Shown: positions 26,853 through 36,083 of the stretch, piece by piece
Layout of the letters: each line of letters starts with the position of its first letter
Position numbering within the stretch: the stretch's first letter is position 1
NCBI GenBank assembly: GCA_020632235.1
Contig: JACKFY010000002.1
Location: 96,894 to 160,893, forward strand
Reading direction: 5' to 3'
Length of the DNA: 64,000 nucleotides
Origin: Pseudomonadales bacterium
GTDB lineage: Bacteria > Patescibacteriota > Microgenomatia > UBA1400 > PJMF01
Program-made: the position numbers and the translations under genes
Notes under the pieces: model-generated
What the model was told of the DNA's origin: nothing
Databases searched by the model: none
Seen by the model: only the letters and a program-made list of their open reading frames with translations

Positions 26853-27785
26853 TTAGTACTCGGTTGATGTTGTGGGCTGCTTTTGCTTCTTGTAGGTAAA
26901 AATTAAGATGCAGATGATGCATGTAGCTACAAAGAGCAGTGAGAAGGGAGCGGCAATAACGATGTATTCGGCGCTGTGTGTTTGTCCAGAAGGGTTTGAC
27001 ACGAGTAATGTTTGTACGCTGTACACTCCAAATAGAGGTGGAGAAACCACCATTTTTTGCATGGGTTTTGTTTCCTCCGAGAGGGGTTCGTCAGTAAAAA
27101 ACCGCAGCGGTCTACCACTGAAAGCAAGCGCAGCGTCTGGATAGATGTTGTAATGACCAATAGTGCTACCTCTCCAGTTTGTAATTTCTGCTGCGCCAGA
27201 TGCTTCTTGGGTGAGTGAGGCTGTGTTAGTAAGCCACCCTGAAGTCTCGATAGCTTGAAATGTGTCTACCACTTTTGGCAGGTGCAGGTGCGCCTCTAGT
27301 GCTGGCAGCACCTCTCCATCATCAATAGAAATAATAATGTTGCTGCCGATGACATTTTGTACTCTGGGTGCCCCAGAGGCTTCTGAGTCTGTTTGAAATA
27401 ACACAGTCAAATGGTACTCATTTTGTGCAGCCGCTTGATCAACAGTTATGGGAATCGTAATAACTCTTGACTCTGTTGGTGTAAGAGAGATGGGCTCTGT
27501 AAATGATGTGCTAGAAAAGTAGGGAAAGCTCGTGTGATCAGATAGAATGGGTTGTCCTGTTTTATCGCTTGCTGTAAAGTCTACTGCTGCTGGGGTGATG
27601 ATAAGCTCGGTCAAGCTATTGTTTGTGATGATTATCTCAACTGCGCGCGATTCTCCTGGATTTAGAGCGATATATTGAACAGGAGGGGAAACAGTAAGCG
27701 AGCTGTTAGCCTTCACTTCACTGTTTGGTTGGATAAGGAACAACCCCAGTGCGAGACAGAAAGAAAAACAGAGCTTTTTGATCAT
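26853..27785 (-). CDS. DUF916/DUF3324-like cell-surface protein (paralog of 24235..25278), C-terminal TM anchor
   Basis: start taken at MIKKLCFSFCLALGLFLIQP (track ORF extends to 27854, overlapping upstream gene); SLTVSPPVQYIALNPGESRAVEIIITNNSLTELIITP; C-terminal VIAAPFSLLFVATCIICILIFTYKKQKQ. Confidence 0.5.
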   Translation of the reverse strand: MIKKLCFSFCLALGLFLIQPNSEVKANSSLTVSPPVQYIALNPGESRAVEIIITNNSLTELIITPAAVDFTASDKTGQPILSDHTSFPYFSSTSFTEPISLTPTESRVITIPITVDQAAAQNEYHLTVLFQTDSEASGAPRVQNVIGSNIIISIDDGEVLPALEAHLHLPKVVDTFQAIETSGWLTNTASLTQEASGAAEITNWRGSTIGHYNIYPDAALAFSGRPLRFFTDEPLSEETKPMQKMVVSPPLFGVYSVQTLLVSNPSGQTHSAEYIVIAAPFSLLFVATCIICILIFTYKKQKQPTTSTEY

Positions 27786-27789
27786 AGTA

Positions 27790-28533
27790 TTAGTACCCCG
27801 GCACTGCTGTGTAGATAATACCCGTTTCGTACTCGCCTGCCGTTTCACTACCAAACATCCCTGCTTTGTAGGTAACAGTAGACTGTCTATCGCTCACTAC
27901 ACCAGTACCACTCATGACAACTTGTGCTGGTTCTGCTACTGCCTGATTGGCAAATGGCCGAAAGTGCGAGAGCGTACTAAAGTCTGCAGGTATATCTTGG
28001 CCTGACATGTTGTAGCCAAACCCCCCAATATTTTGATTGTTCCAGACTTTTGCCTCCGAGATGGTGCACGCCCCAGCATCGCAGGTTGTGTTGGGAATGG
28101 TTTGGCTGGGAGTAGTGGTGTGTTCGAGAGGGTGGAGCTCGCGCGCGTAGACTGTGTATCCACCAGCGCCTTTGGTTGAGACAGTTAGAGTGTGGGAGTC
28201 TGTGTTGTGTGTGCCTGCAGTGAGTGTTCCAAAATCAATAGCTGTCTTGGAAATAGTGAACGTAAATTCCTGAAGTGGATAGATGTACTGAAACCCACTA
28301 CCCACAAAGTATGAGTCGCTACCGTACTGTCCAAATGGCCCGGCTGCAGTTTGACCAACAGTATCGGTGACTTTGTAGTTGCTACTCGACTTTTCTCCAG
28401 AAGTAATATTAAAGTTGCCAAACTGGATTTTATACGAACTAGATTCTAGATTGTCCGCCTGGATTGGCATAGCACACACCATGAATGGTATGAGCATGAG
28501 TACTATTGTTCGTGCATATTGTTTTCTATTCAT
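27790..28533 (-). CDS. small secreted WxL-like domain protein (Tyr-variant terminal motif)
   Basis: signal MNRKQYARTIVLMLIPFMVCAMPIQA; C-terminal VWNNQNIGGFGYNMSG...TAGEYETGIIYTAVPGY-end homologous to C-terminus of 25302..26741. Confidence 0.5.
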   Translation of the reverse strand: MNRKQYARTIVLMLIPFMVCAMPIQADNLESSSYKIQFGNFNITSGEKSSSNYKVTDTVGQTAAGPFGQYGSDSYFVGSGFQYIYPLQEFTFTISKTAIDFGTLTAGTHNTDSHTLTVSTKGAGGYTVYARELHPLEHTTTPSQTIPNTTCDAGACTISEAKVWNNQNIGGFGYNMSGQDIPADFSTLSHFRPFANQAVAEPAQVVMSGTGVVSDRQSTVTYKAGMFGSETAGEYETGIIYTAVPGY

Positions 28534-29201
28534 AGAGATTGCTCTTGCTTTTCTACTTCGCTGATGACGAGTGAGAGCTGTGTTTTCATTTCGTCTCTGG
28601 TTATTTCTTCATCGGTAATCATTTTTTCTAGGGTGGCCAACTTTGGCATGATGTATTGCTCTACAAACACCACCTCTTTATTTTTTGCATCTTCTCCATT
28701 TTGGGCACGTTGTTCTTCCATTATTGCCTTGTGAGCATGTGTTACTGCACGCTCATGTTCTCTTTTGGTAAATAAAAACAGAATGAAAAGAAGCGGGAGT
28801 AAGAGTAGTGGGGCGAAGTCAAGTAGCGTGTTGATGGGGTGTTGGGTGAGTAGGAGTAATCCAGCGCCGAGTACGGCGATGAGTCCAGGCAAAAGGGGAA
28901 CAAAAAATGCCACTAAAAAGGTGAAGCTAGTCAAAAGGAGGCTTAAAAGTGATGGATAGTCTTTCAGCGAGCTTAAAGCAATAAGCATGATGACCACCAA
29001 ACACAACATCTCAAACGGTCCATAAGACACAGCACTTTTTGATTTTCGCTGCCGAAACTTCATCAAAACGACACACACAGATCCCACCGCAATTAACTGT
29101 GGTGAGTAGCTGGCTAGCGTGGCATGCATAGACCAGATATATGCGCCCAACACCACACAGGTCATGAAGATGGCGTACTTGGCAGATGACATAGTACACA
29201 T
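28530..29201 (-). CDS. hypothetical membrane protein with cytoplasmic coiled-coil C-terminus; heads the surface-protein gene string
   Basis: 4-5 hydrophobic helices (LIAVGSVCVVLM, LCLVVIMLIALSSL, FLVAFFVPLLPGLIAVLGAGLLLL..), C-terminal charged heptad-like region. Confidence 0.45.
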   Translation of the reverse strand: MCTMSSAKYAIFMTCVVLGAYIWSMHATLASYSPQLIAVGSVCVVLMKFRQRKSKSAVSYGPFEMLCLVVIMLIALSSLKDYPSLLSLLLTSFTFLVAFFVPLLPGLIAVLGAGLLLLTQHPINTLLDFAPLLLLPLLFILFLFTKREHERAVTHAHKAIMEEQRAQNGEDAKNKEVVFVEQYIMPKLATLEKMITDEEITRDEMKTQLSLVISEVEKQEQSL

Positions 29202-29217
29202 GATACACTATCTTGCT

Positions 29218-32200
29218 ATGAAACACTCGTATGACCCAGCAACACTAGAGAAGAGATGGCAGAAATTCTGGGAAGAGCAGCAGTTGTTTCAAGACACAGC
29301 GATAGTGCCGGAGGGGAAAAAGAAAGAGTACTTGTTGTTTGCCTTTGCCTACCCCTCAGGCTCTGGTTTACATGTGGGTCATGTTGAGAGTAAAGCCGCG
29401 CTTGATATCTTGGCGCGTTACTACCGAATGCAGGGAAAGCATGTATTTTTCCCGGTGGGGTGGGATGCGTTTGGCTTGCCGGCAGAAAACTATGCTATTA
29501 AGACAGGGGTGCATCCTGCCCAAACGACTGATGACGCCATTACTACCTTTCAAAAGCAGATCAAGAGAATTGGCATTTCGTATGACTGGAAAAATGAGCT
29601 TCGCACCAGTGACCCCACCTACTATCGCTGGACGCAGTGGATATTCTTAGAGCTTTTCAAAGCAGGTCTCGCCTATAAAAAATCAGCACCAGTCAACTGG
29701 TGCCCGTCATGCAACACCGTGCTGGCCAACGAGCAGGTAGTAAATGGTGAGTGTGAACGCTGTGGTGCTAGTGTTATTCAAAAAGAGATGAATCAATGGT
29801 TTTTTAAGATCACCCAGTATCAAGACGAGCTTATTTCTGGACTCGATCAGGTGGACTGGCCAGCACCAACCAAGCAACAACAACTCAACTGGATAGGCAA
29901 GAGTGAGGGGCTTTCCATCAGTTTTCCCTTGATGACTGCACCCACTAACCACTCCTGTAGTACAAATAGTTTATATGACCACCCATATCAACACACACTA
30001 CAAATTGCTCGAGATTTTTACTTGAGCTACTTGCAGGGCAAGCAGGTTTTTTCTCCTCTTTTAGATGATGTTGTGTTGCTCACCCGATCGTTTTGGAACC
30101 ACTTACTAGAAAAAGATAGAAAACAATCACAAGTATTGTTTCGTTTGTACGCCTTGCCCAAAGTGTACAATCTGCTTTCTGTTGCTGAGGGGACGCTACA
30201 ATACTCGAAAGGAAATGACACAAAAAAACATGTGGAGTTTTGGAGTTGGCAAGCAGAAATTGAAGGGGTGAGAGTAGGAGTAACGGTTCGGAGTGTTAAT
30301 AACACCCACAAACACTTGTATTCAATAACCTGGCTTAGTGAAACGGAAAACTTTTCTAATAAACAAAAAACCGCGCCGTCTCCAGCAGATCAGAGTCTGC
30401 TGCGTCAGGATTGTAAAAACAGTGTCCTTCAGCGCGATAATTTCGTTAATCATACCACGATAATGGAGTATTTGTCAATGTTGTTATCAAAGACTCCTAT
30501 TATAACTCTTAAAGCCTGGACCAAGTTTTGGGAAACAGTGTATGGTGTTACATTTCTTGTTATTGCCCCAGAAACGTTTGAACAGCTTGGGTTGTCTGAG
30601 TATCTTGCGCAAGATCTCCAGCAAAAAGTAGCTGACTACATCAACACAGCAAAGAATAAAACAGAGGAAGAGCGAGCTGTTGATGAAAAGAACAAGACGG
30701 GTGTGGACACTGGTTTGAAGGCTCAAAACCCAGTGACGGGGGAATTTATCCCGCTCTTTATAGCAGACTATGTACTTGAGGGGGTTGGTACAGGAGTAGT
30801 CATGGGCGTGCCTGCCCACGACCAAAGAGACTTTGCCTTTGCCAAAAAGTACAACTTGCCGATCAAGCAAGTAGTATCGTACGCAGACAAAGCTTTAAAT
30901 ATTCAAGTAAAAAACGGCGAGCGAGCAGCCGAGCAAGAAGGAATCCTGATAAACTCTGGCCAGTTTGATGGTCAAGAAGCCTGGGGCGAGGGCAAACAAA
31001 ACATGGCAGACTGGCTGGTAAAAGAAGGGCGTGCAGAGTGGAATACTACCTACAAACTTCGTGACTGGCTCATTTCCAGACAGCGCTATTGGGGTACGCC
31101 CATCCCGATTGTGTACGATCCAGACGGGAAGCCTCACCCGGTGAAAGAAGAGCACTTGCCTTGGACGCTTCCCACCGACGTTGATTTTAAGCCTACCGGT
31201 GAGTCTCCGCTGCGGTCTTCGCGCGAACTACAAGCGCGAGTCGAGCGGTTGTATGGTACAGGTTGGGTACCAGAATATGACACAATGGACACATTTGTGG
31301 ACTCAAGTTGGTACTATCTTCGGTATACATCTATTGATGACAACACACACGCATTTGATGCAAAAAAGGTTCAATCTCTGCTTCCTGTTGATTTGTACAT
31401 GATTGGCCCCGAGCACATCGTGCTTCACTTGCTCTACTCACGGTTTTTTACCAAGTTTTTACGCGATCAAGGTTTGTTAGATTTTGATGAGCCGTTTGTA
31501 AAGATGCGCCATCAAGGCATGATCTTGGGTCCTGATGGCAAAAAGATGAGTAAAAGCAAAGGTAACGTTATCAATCCCGACGACGTGGTAGACAAGTTTG
31601 GCGCCGACACCCTGCGTATGTACGAGATGTTTATGGGGCCGATAGACGCTGACAAACCATGGAGCACTACCTCGGTAGCTGGCGTGTATCGTTTCTTGAG
31701 CAGGTATAACTCGCTGGTGCGACAGGCGTTAGATTACAACTCCAGCACTAGCACAAAAAAGACACTGCCCAGCTCTTCCTTACAAAAAAAATTACACCAG
31801 GTAGGACTAAAAGTTTCGAGTGATATCCCCGAGATGCGGTTTAATACTGCTATTGCTGCCTTGATGGAGTTGGTTAATGAATGGCAAACAGAGGGGCAAG
31901 AGTTGTCACTCGGCGATACTGTGCGAGCAGCACTACTGATTGCGCCATTTGCGCCATTTTTAGCAGAAGAGCTCTACAGTCTATTACCAGCAGGACAAAG
32001 AAAGTGCAAGAGTGTGCACCTCGAAGATTGGCCAGAGTTCTCGCCAGAGCTAGCAAAAGAAGATGCTGTTATTATAGCAGCGCAGGTCAATGGCAAAGTA
32101 CGATCAGAGCTACTGGTCGATAGCTCTGCGATAGACAATCAAACTCTTATAGAAGAAAAAGCTCTAATGGATACAAAAGTTACCCATTGGATTGATGGCA

Positions 32201-32274
32201 AAACAGTTTTAAAAGTTATTTACGTACCAGGTAAAATCATTAATTTTGTACTCAATACAAATGAGGGGGCGTAG
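29218..32274 (+). CDS. leuS: leucine--tRNA ligase with ~195-aa lineage-specific insertion between catalytic core and CP1 editing domain
   Basis: start set at MKHSYDPATLEKRWQ (track ORF starts 29119); HIGH motif GLHVGHVESKAALD, KMSKS motif KMSKSKGNVI, CP1 remnants TFLVIAPE and GTGVVMGVPAHDQRDF; total ~1018 aa. Confidence 0.9.
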   Translation: MKHSYDPATLEKRWQKFWEEQQLFQDTAIVPEGKKKEYLLFAFAYPSGSGLHVGHVESKAALDILARYYRMQGKHVFFPVGWDAFGLPAENYAIKTGVHPAQTTDDAITTFQKQIKRIGISYDWKNELRTSDPTYYRWTQWIFLELFKAGLAYKKSAPVNWCPSCNTVLANEQVVNGECERCGASVIQKEMNQWFFKITQYQDELISGLDQVDWPAPTKQQQLNWIGKSEGLSISFPLMTAPTNHSCSTNSLYDHPYQHTLQIARDFYLSYLQGKQVFSPLLDDVVLLTRSFWNHLLEKDRKQSQVLFRLYALPKVYNLLSVAEGTLQYSKGNDTKKHVEFWSWQAEIEGVRVGVTVRSVNNTHKHLYSITWLSETENFSNKQKTAPSPADQSLLRQDCKNSVLQRDNFVNHTTIMEYLSMLLSKTPIITLKAWTKFWETVYGVTFLVIAPETFEQLGLSEYLAQDLQQKVADYINTAKNKTEEERAVDEKNKTGVDTGLKAQNPVTGEFIPLFIADYVLEGVGTGVVMGVPAHDQRDFAFAKKYNLPIKQVVSYADKALNIQVKNGERAAEQEGILINSGQFDGQEAWGEGKQNMADWLVKEGRAEWNTTYKLRDWLISRQRYWGTPIPIVYDPDGKPHPVKEEHLPWTLPTDVDFKPTGESPLRSSRELQARVERLYGTGWVPEYDTMDTFVDSSWYYLRYTSIDDNTHAFDAKKVQSLLPVDLYMIGPEHIVLHLLYSRFFTKFLRDQGLLDFDEPFVKMRHQGMILGPDGKKMSKSKGNVINPDDVVDKFGADTLRMYEMFMGPIDADKPWSTTSVAGVYRFLSRYNSLVRQALDYNSSTSTKKTLPSSSLQKKLHQVGLKVSSDIPEMRFNTAIAALMELVNEWQTEGQELSLGDTVRAALLIAPFAPFLAEELYSLLPAGQRKCKSVHLEDWPEFSPELAKEDAVIIAAQVNGKVRSELLVDSSAIDNQTLIEEKALMDTKVTHWIDGKTVLKVIYVPGKIINFVLNTNEGA

Positions 32275-32376
32275 CTCCATCTTCTCTGTGGGTGATAATT
32301 GACTATCATTGCTTTACTCGTACTGCTTAAGATGTAGTTGCGTTGTAGTTAGATTCCCCTCTATCATAGATAGTGC

Positions 32377-35151
32377 ATGCCACCCACCACACAAGAAAAG
32401 AGACGAGAGGGAAGTGTGTCTCGTACGCTCAAGCGTCTTGTTGGTGTACTTCTGTTTCTCATCGCTACCATCATCATTGTCATCTGGATTCTGTGCTGCC
32501 TTGGTTTGCGGTGTGTTTCTGCTGGCGGAGTGTTAGGATCACTTTTTTCTTTAACGGGCAATACTACTGTTAAAACTTCTACCACTGACCATAGAGCTGG
32601 CGTAACTTCATCTGTTCGCCCTACACACTCTCCGACTACTGCAACTTCTCCTTTTCCAACTACCCCATCATTGGTAATTGAAAATACTGACTCTAAAACA
32701 AGGCAAGAAGAGAGCAGACAGGCAGGAGGCGACACGTTTATTACTCAGTACTATTACCCGATTACTAAGCTGGGAGACACCCTCATAACCAAAGTGATAG
32801 AAGTGACCGAGACTATTACTGCGCCTAATATTGTTTATTCATTACTAGCAGGTGATGGCATTCACATTTCTGATACTCAAAGCCCCACCATTACTAATAC
32901 TGGCGTAACTTCTCTTCAGGGAAGCACGGGGGATATAGTGCTCTCGGCAGGAAGTGGTATTTCTATAGATGGGACCACTATTTCTGCTACTGCATATGGC
33001 GGTACGCCTGCGGAGTATCAACAGGCCACTGGTTTTACAAATGATGGCAGTGTTACACGACTTACAGATACCACCGACCTAGTAGGAATAGGAACGCTTA
33101 CTCCTGCATACAAGCTTGATGTCCAGGCGGGAACAGGCATTGTTGGCCAGTTTTCCGGCCGTGTTATAGGTGGTGATGCAGTAAGCAGCAATGAGTTTGC
33201 TACCCTCTCACAAGTGCAAGCTGCTAGTAACAATACATACATGCTTGATGGAAATAGTTTTGGCACACTTGCTACGCTTGGTACTAATGATAGCTATGAC
33301 CTAGCATTTGAAACAGCTGGGTTCGAAAAGATGAGGATTCTTCAGAACGGAAATGTAGGAATAGGTACTACTTCACCAGGATACAAGCTGGAACTAGCAG
33401 GCACTTCTTCAATAGAAGATAGAACAATTGGCATTAACGGTACTCCTGTAGTGTACTTGCCAGATCAAAATGATTTTACTGGCTCACTGATTGTGGGTAA
33501 TGGAGGTGCTAATCTGGCAACAAATACATATGAAGGAAAATATAATACGTATGTTGGAATAAATTCAGGCCTTTCTAACACTTTGGGAGATTTTAATACT
33601 GGCGTAGGAGCTGGTTCTCTCAGGAACCTTACAACTGGATTTAATAATGCTGTTTTAGGTACTAATGCGATGCAGAACGCAGTTTCTGCTGCCAAGAATA
33701 CGGTGCTAGGCGTTGCTGCTTTAGAAGTAGGTGATGCTGGTACCAATAATACTGTGGCTGGTTACTTGGGGGCGCGGTATGTAAATGGAAATAATAATGT
33801 TTCTCTTGGTTCATATAGTTTGTATCTGCCAACAGGCGTTACAAGTGACAACACAGTAGTCGGAGCATACGCAGGCAGAGGTGCGGGCAGCGGAGCAAGT
33901 GCTGATTTAGTAGGTAATACCTTATTGGGTTATCGGTCTGGATATGCATTGCGAACGGGTGGAAACGACAATACACTTTTAGGAAATAGAGCCGGAGAAA
34001 ATATTACCAGTGGTGCGCGAAATATTGTAATTGGCTACGATCTGAATGCTCCTGCAGCCACTGGCTCCAATCAATTAAACATCGGTAATCTTATTTTCGG
34101 AACTGGTGTGGATGGAATAAATGATACACTTTCTTCTGGCAATGTCGGCATCGGCACGACCACCCCTAACGCCAAGCTCGATGTCAACGGCCTCATCCTT
34201 GCCCAATCTTTGGGTAGTGCGCCTGCGGGGGTAAGTGGCCATGCAGGGATCTTTGCCCAAGACGTATCGGGAAGTAGCGAGCTGTTTGCCCTAGACGCAG
34301 CAGGAAATACGACACAGCTATCACCCCACAACCCAGCAACTGGTACTTGGTGGTTTAATTCTAGCAACACTATTACGGGTGAAAGTTTGCTTGTAGATAT
34401 GGAAGGTCTTATTAAACAGACTGACCTGCTCCTTGGAGGAGGCTACATTACTGAAAACGGTACTACTACCAGTAGCTCTACTAACTACCTGACTTCCACT
34501 CAAGCCAACACTACTCAGCTAGCAGCGCTCTCTGATACAGTGGCAGCGGTCGATCTCGACCAATATTTAGAGAAAACAACCCTAGAGAACAACGTGACTT
34601 TGACCCAGTCACTGACAAAATTTGTGAAGAAGGTGGTGTTTGCTGCCCAGGTGACGTTCCAACAATCAGTTTCATTTATGAGATCAGTGACATTTGATGG
34701 AGTAGCAACATTCTATGAAGCACCAGTGTTGAGTGACAATATGGCTGGGCAAGCGACTATCCTTTCTGGCAGCACTAGGGTAGAGGTGGCGTTTAGCACT
34801 TCGTTTAGTAGTACACCTGTAGTAACCGTTACTCCTCATGCATTCACTGATGGGCAGTACAGAATTACCCAGCAGAGCACAACAGGCTTTGTCATAGAGC
34901 TCTCGCAACCTCAAGGTGGTGACACCGTCTTTAGTTGGCAGGCGTTGCAAGTTTCTCAGGTTGGGCAGGCACAGTCATCAGGGTCACCTTTACCAACTCC
35001 GATACCTTCACCAGACCCAAGTTCTCCTAGCGTCGACCCGACGCCTTCACCCACTCCAGAGCCAAGCGTTACTCCGTTATCTAGTCCATCACCCACTCCA
35101 GAACCGAGTGTGAGTCCCTCGCCTAGTCCTGAGGCGTCTCCTGGTCCGTAG
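32377..35151 (+). CDS. 924-aa signal-anchored surface protein with phage tail-fibre-like repeats (paralog of the giant protein repeat region) and Pro/Ser/Thr-rich C-terminal tail
   Basis: N-terminal TM LVGVLLFLIATIIIVIWILCCLGL; DGNSFGTLATLGTNDSYDLAFETAGFEKMRILQNGNVGIGTTSPGYKLELAG and GNVGIGTTTPNAKLDVNG match repeats in 14301..20243; C-terminus PTPIPSPDPSSPSVDPTPSPTPEPSVTPLSSPSPTPEPSVSPSPSPEASPGP. Confidence 0.7.
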   Translation: MPPTTQEKRREGSVSRTLKRLVGVLLFLIATIIIVIWILCCLGLRCVSAGGVLGSLFSLTGNTTVKTSTTDHRAGVTSSVRPTHSPTTATSPFPTTPSLVIENTDSKTRQEESRQAGGDTFITQYYYPITKLGDTLITKVIEVTETITAPNIVYSLLAGDGIHISDTQSPTITNTGVTSLQGSTGDIVLSAGSGISIDGTTISATAYGGTPAEYQQATGFTNDGSVTRLTDTTDLVGIGTLTPAYKLDVQAGTGIVGQFSGRVIGGDAVSSNEFATLSQVQAASNNTYMLDGNSFGTLATLGTNDSYDLAFETAGFEKMRILQNGNVGIGTTSPGYKLELAGTSSIEDRTIGINGTPVVYLPDQNDFTGSLIVGNGGANLATNTYEGKYNTYVGINSGLSNTLGDFNTGVGAGSLRNLTTGFNNAVLGTNAMQNAVSAAKNTVLGVAALEVGDAGTNNTVAGYLGARYVNGNNNVSLGSYSLYLPTGVTSDNTVVGAYAGRGAGSGASADLVGNTLLGYRSGYALRTGGNDNTLLGNRAGENITSGARNIVIGYDLNAPAATGSNQLNIGNLIFGTGVDGINDTLSSGNVGIGTTTPNAKLDVNGLILAQSLGSAPAGVSGHAGIFAQDVSGSSELFALDAAGNTTQLSPHNPATGTWWFNSSNTITGESLLVDMEGLIKQTDLLLGGGYITENGTTTSSSTNYLTSTQANTTQLAALSDTVAAVDLDQYLEKTTLENNVTLTQSLTKFVKKVVFAAQVTFQQSVSFMRSVTFDGVATFYEAPVLSDNMAGQATILSGSTRVEVAFSTSFSSTPVVTVTPHAFTDGQYRITQQSTTGFVIELSQPQGGDTVFSWQALQVSQVGQAQSSGSPLPTPIPSPDPSSPSVDPTPSPTPEPSVTPLSSPSPTPEPSVSPSPSPEASPGP

Positions 35152-35159
35152 CACTCCTT

Positions 35160-35290
35160 CCGCTCGCACTTCTGCCTTGTCACCCAACCTGTCATCTCGA
35201 CCGCAAGTGGAGAGATCTTTGTGAGATTTCTTCCCCCCCCCACTTTGTTCCAGTGGATATGACAACGTAAGCTTTCTGTAAGGTACTGCG
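35160..35290. repeat. mosaic intergenic repeat, copy D (partial)
   Basis: gccttgtcacccaacctgtcatctcgaccgcaagtggagagatct aligns with 22027-22090 of copy C. Confidence 0.4.
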
Positions 35291-35305
35291 CGTATACTCA
35301 CGCCT

Positions 35306-35947
35306 ATGTTTGAGGAAGCTCGTCATAGGTTGACTTTTTCTTCTTTTTCTAAAGGTACAATATTGTCACTAATTAGTACCATTTTTGGAATATGTTTGGC
35401 TTTCTATGGTATATATATGGTCTATTCTGATGCCAATACTCCACAACCAGTATTTTCCAGCTTTGACCAACTGGAGCCAGAAGTAGTCGTGATTGATGTT
35501 TCAGGAGCAGTTGTGCACCCTGGGGTTATTGAAGTACTTTCAAACCAAAGAGTTGCAACGGCAATTGAAAAAGCAGGCGGGTTTCACACAGAGGCGGATG
35601 AGGCATACATCCAAAGTACGCTCAACTTAGCCAGAGTGGTGAGTGATGGTGAGAAAATATATGTGCCGTTTGAGGGGGAGTTGGCAGCTCAGCAAGCTCT
35701 TGTTGCCGCTCAGGTGGCAGATGACCCCCTGAATAGCTTTGCAGTCAATAGCTCTTCTACTACGACAGGGGGTATTTCCCTCAATACTGCGACTGCTAGT
35801 GAACTCATGGAGCTAAAAGGTATTGGCGAGAAACGTGCTGAAGATATTATTGCTGGTCGGCCATACAGCACTGTGGATGAGCTATTAAAGCAAAGCATTA
35901 TTTCTGAATCACTGTTCAATAGCATCCAATCAGAATTAGTATTATAG
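35306..35947 (+). CDS. comEA: competence protein ComEA (SLBB domain plus helix-hairpin-helix DNA-binding domain)
   Basis: N-terminal TM; SLBB VVVIDVSGAVVHPGVIEV..RVATAIEKAGG; HhH ISLNTATASELMELKGIGEKRAEDIIAGRPYSTVDEL. Confidence 0.85.
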   Translation: MFEEARHRLTFSSFSKGTILSLISTIFGICLAFYGIYMVYSDANTPQPVFSSFDQLEPEVVVIDVSGAVVHPGVIEVLSNQRVATAIEKAGGFHTEADEAYIQSTLNLARVVSDGEKIYVPFEGELAAQQALVAAQVADDPLNSFAVNSSSTTTGGISLNTATASELMELKGIGEKRAEDIIAGRPYSTVDELLKQSIISESLFNSIQSELVL

Positions 35948-36083
35948 AGACGAAGCTATTGGACGTAGTAGAGCCGTATTACAGTTATATGAAGACACTT
36001 TGTAAATAAAAAAGGACTGATGTACCTATGGTAGGAAGAAAGCCTTTGCTAGCTTATTGAAGGGTAGTTCTCATCTGTATTGA

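Noticed and set aside
14301-35151. Prophage interpretation of the tail-fibre-like and S74 domains
   Set aside because: No capsid, portal, terminase, tape-measure or lysis genes nearby; both proteins have signal-anchor TM helices and sit among housekeeping genes, so they look like cellular surface proteins that have recruited phage-like domains.
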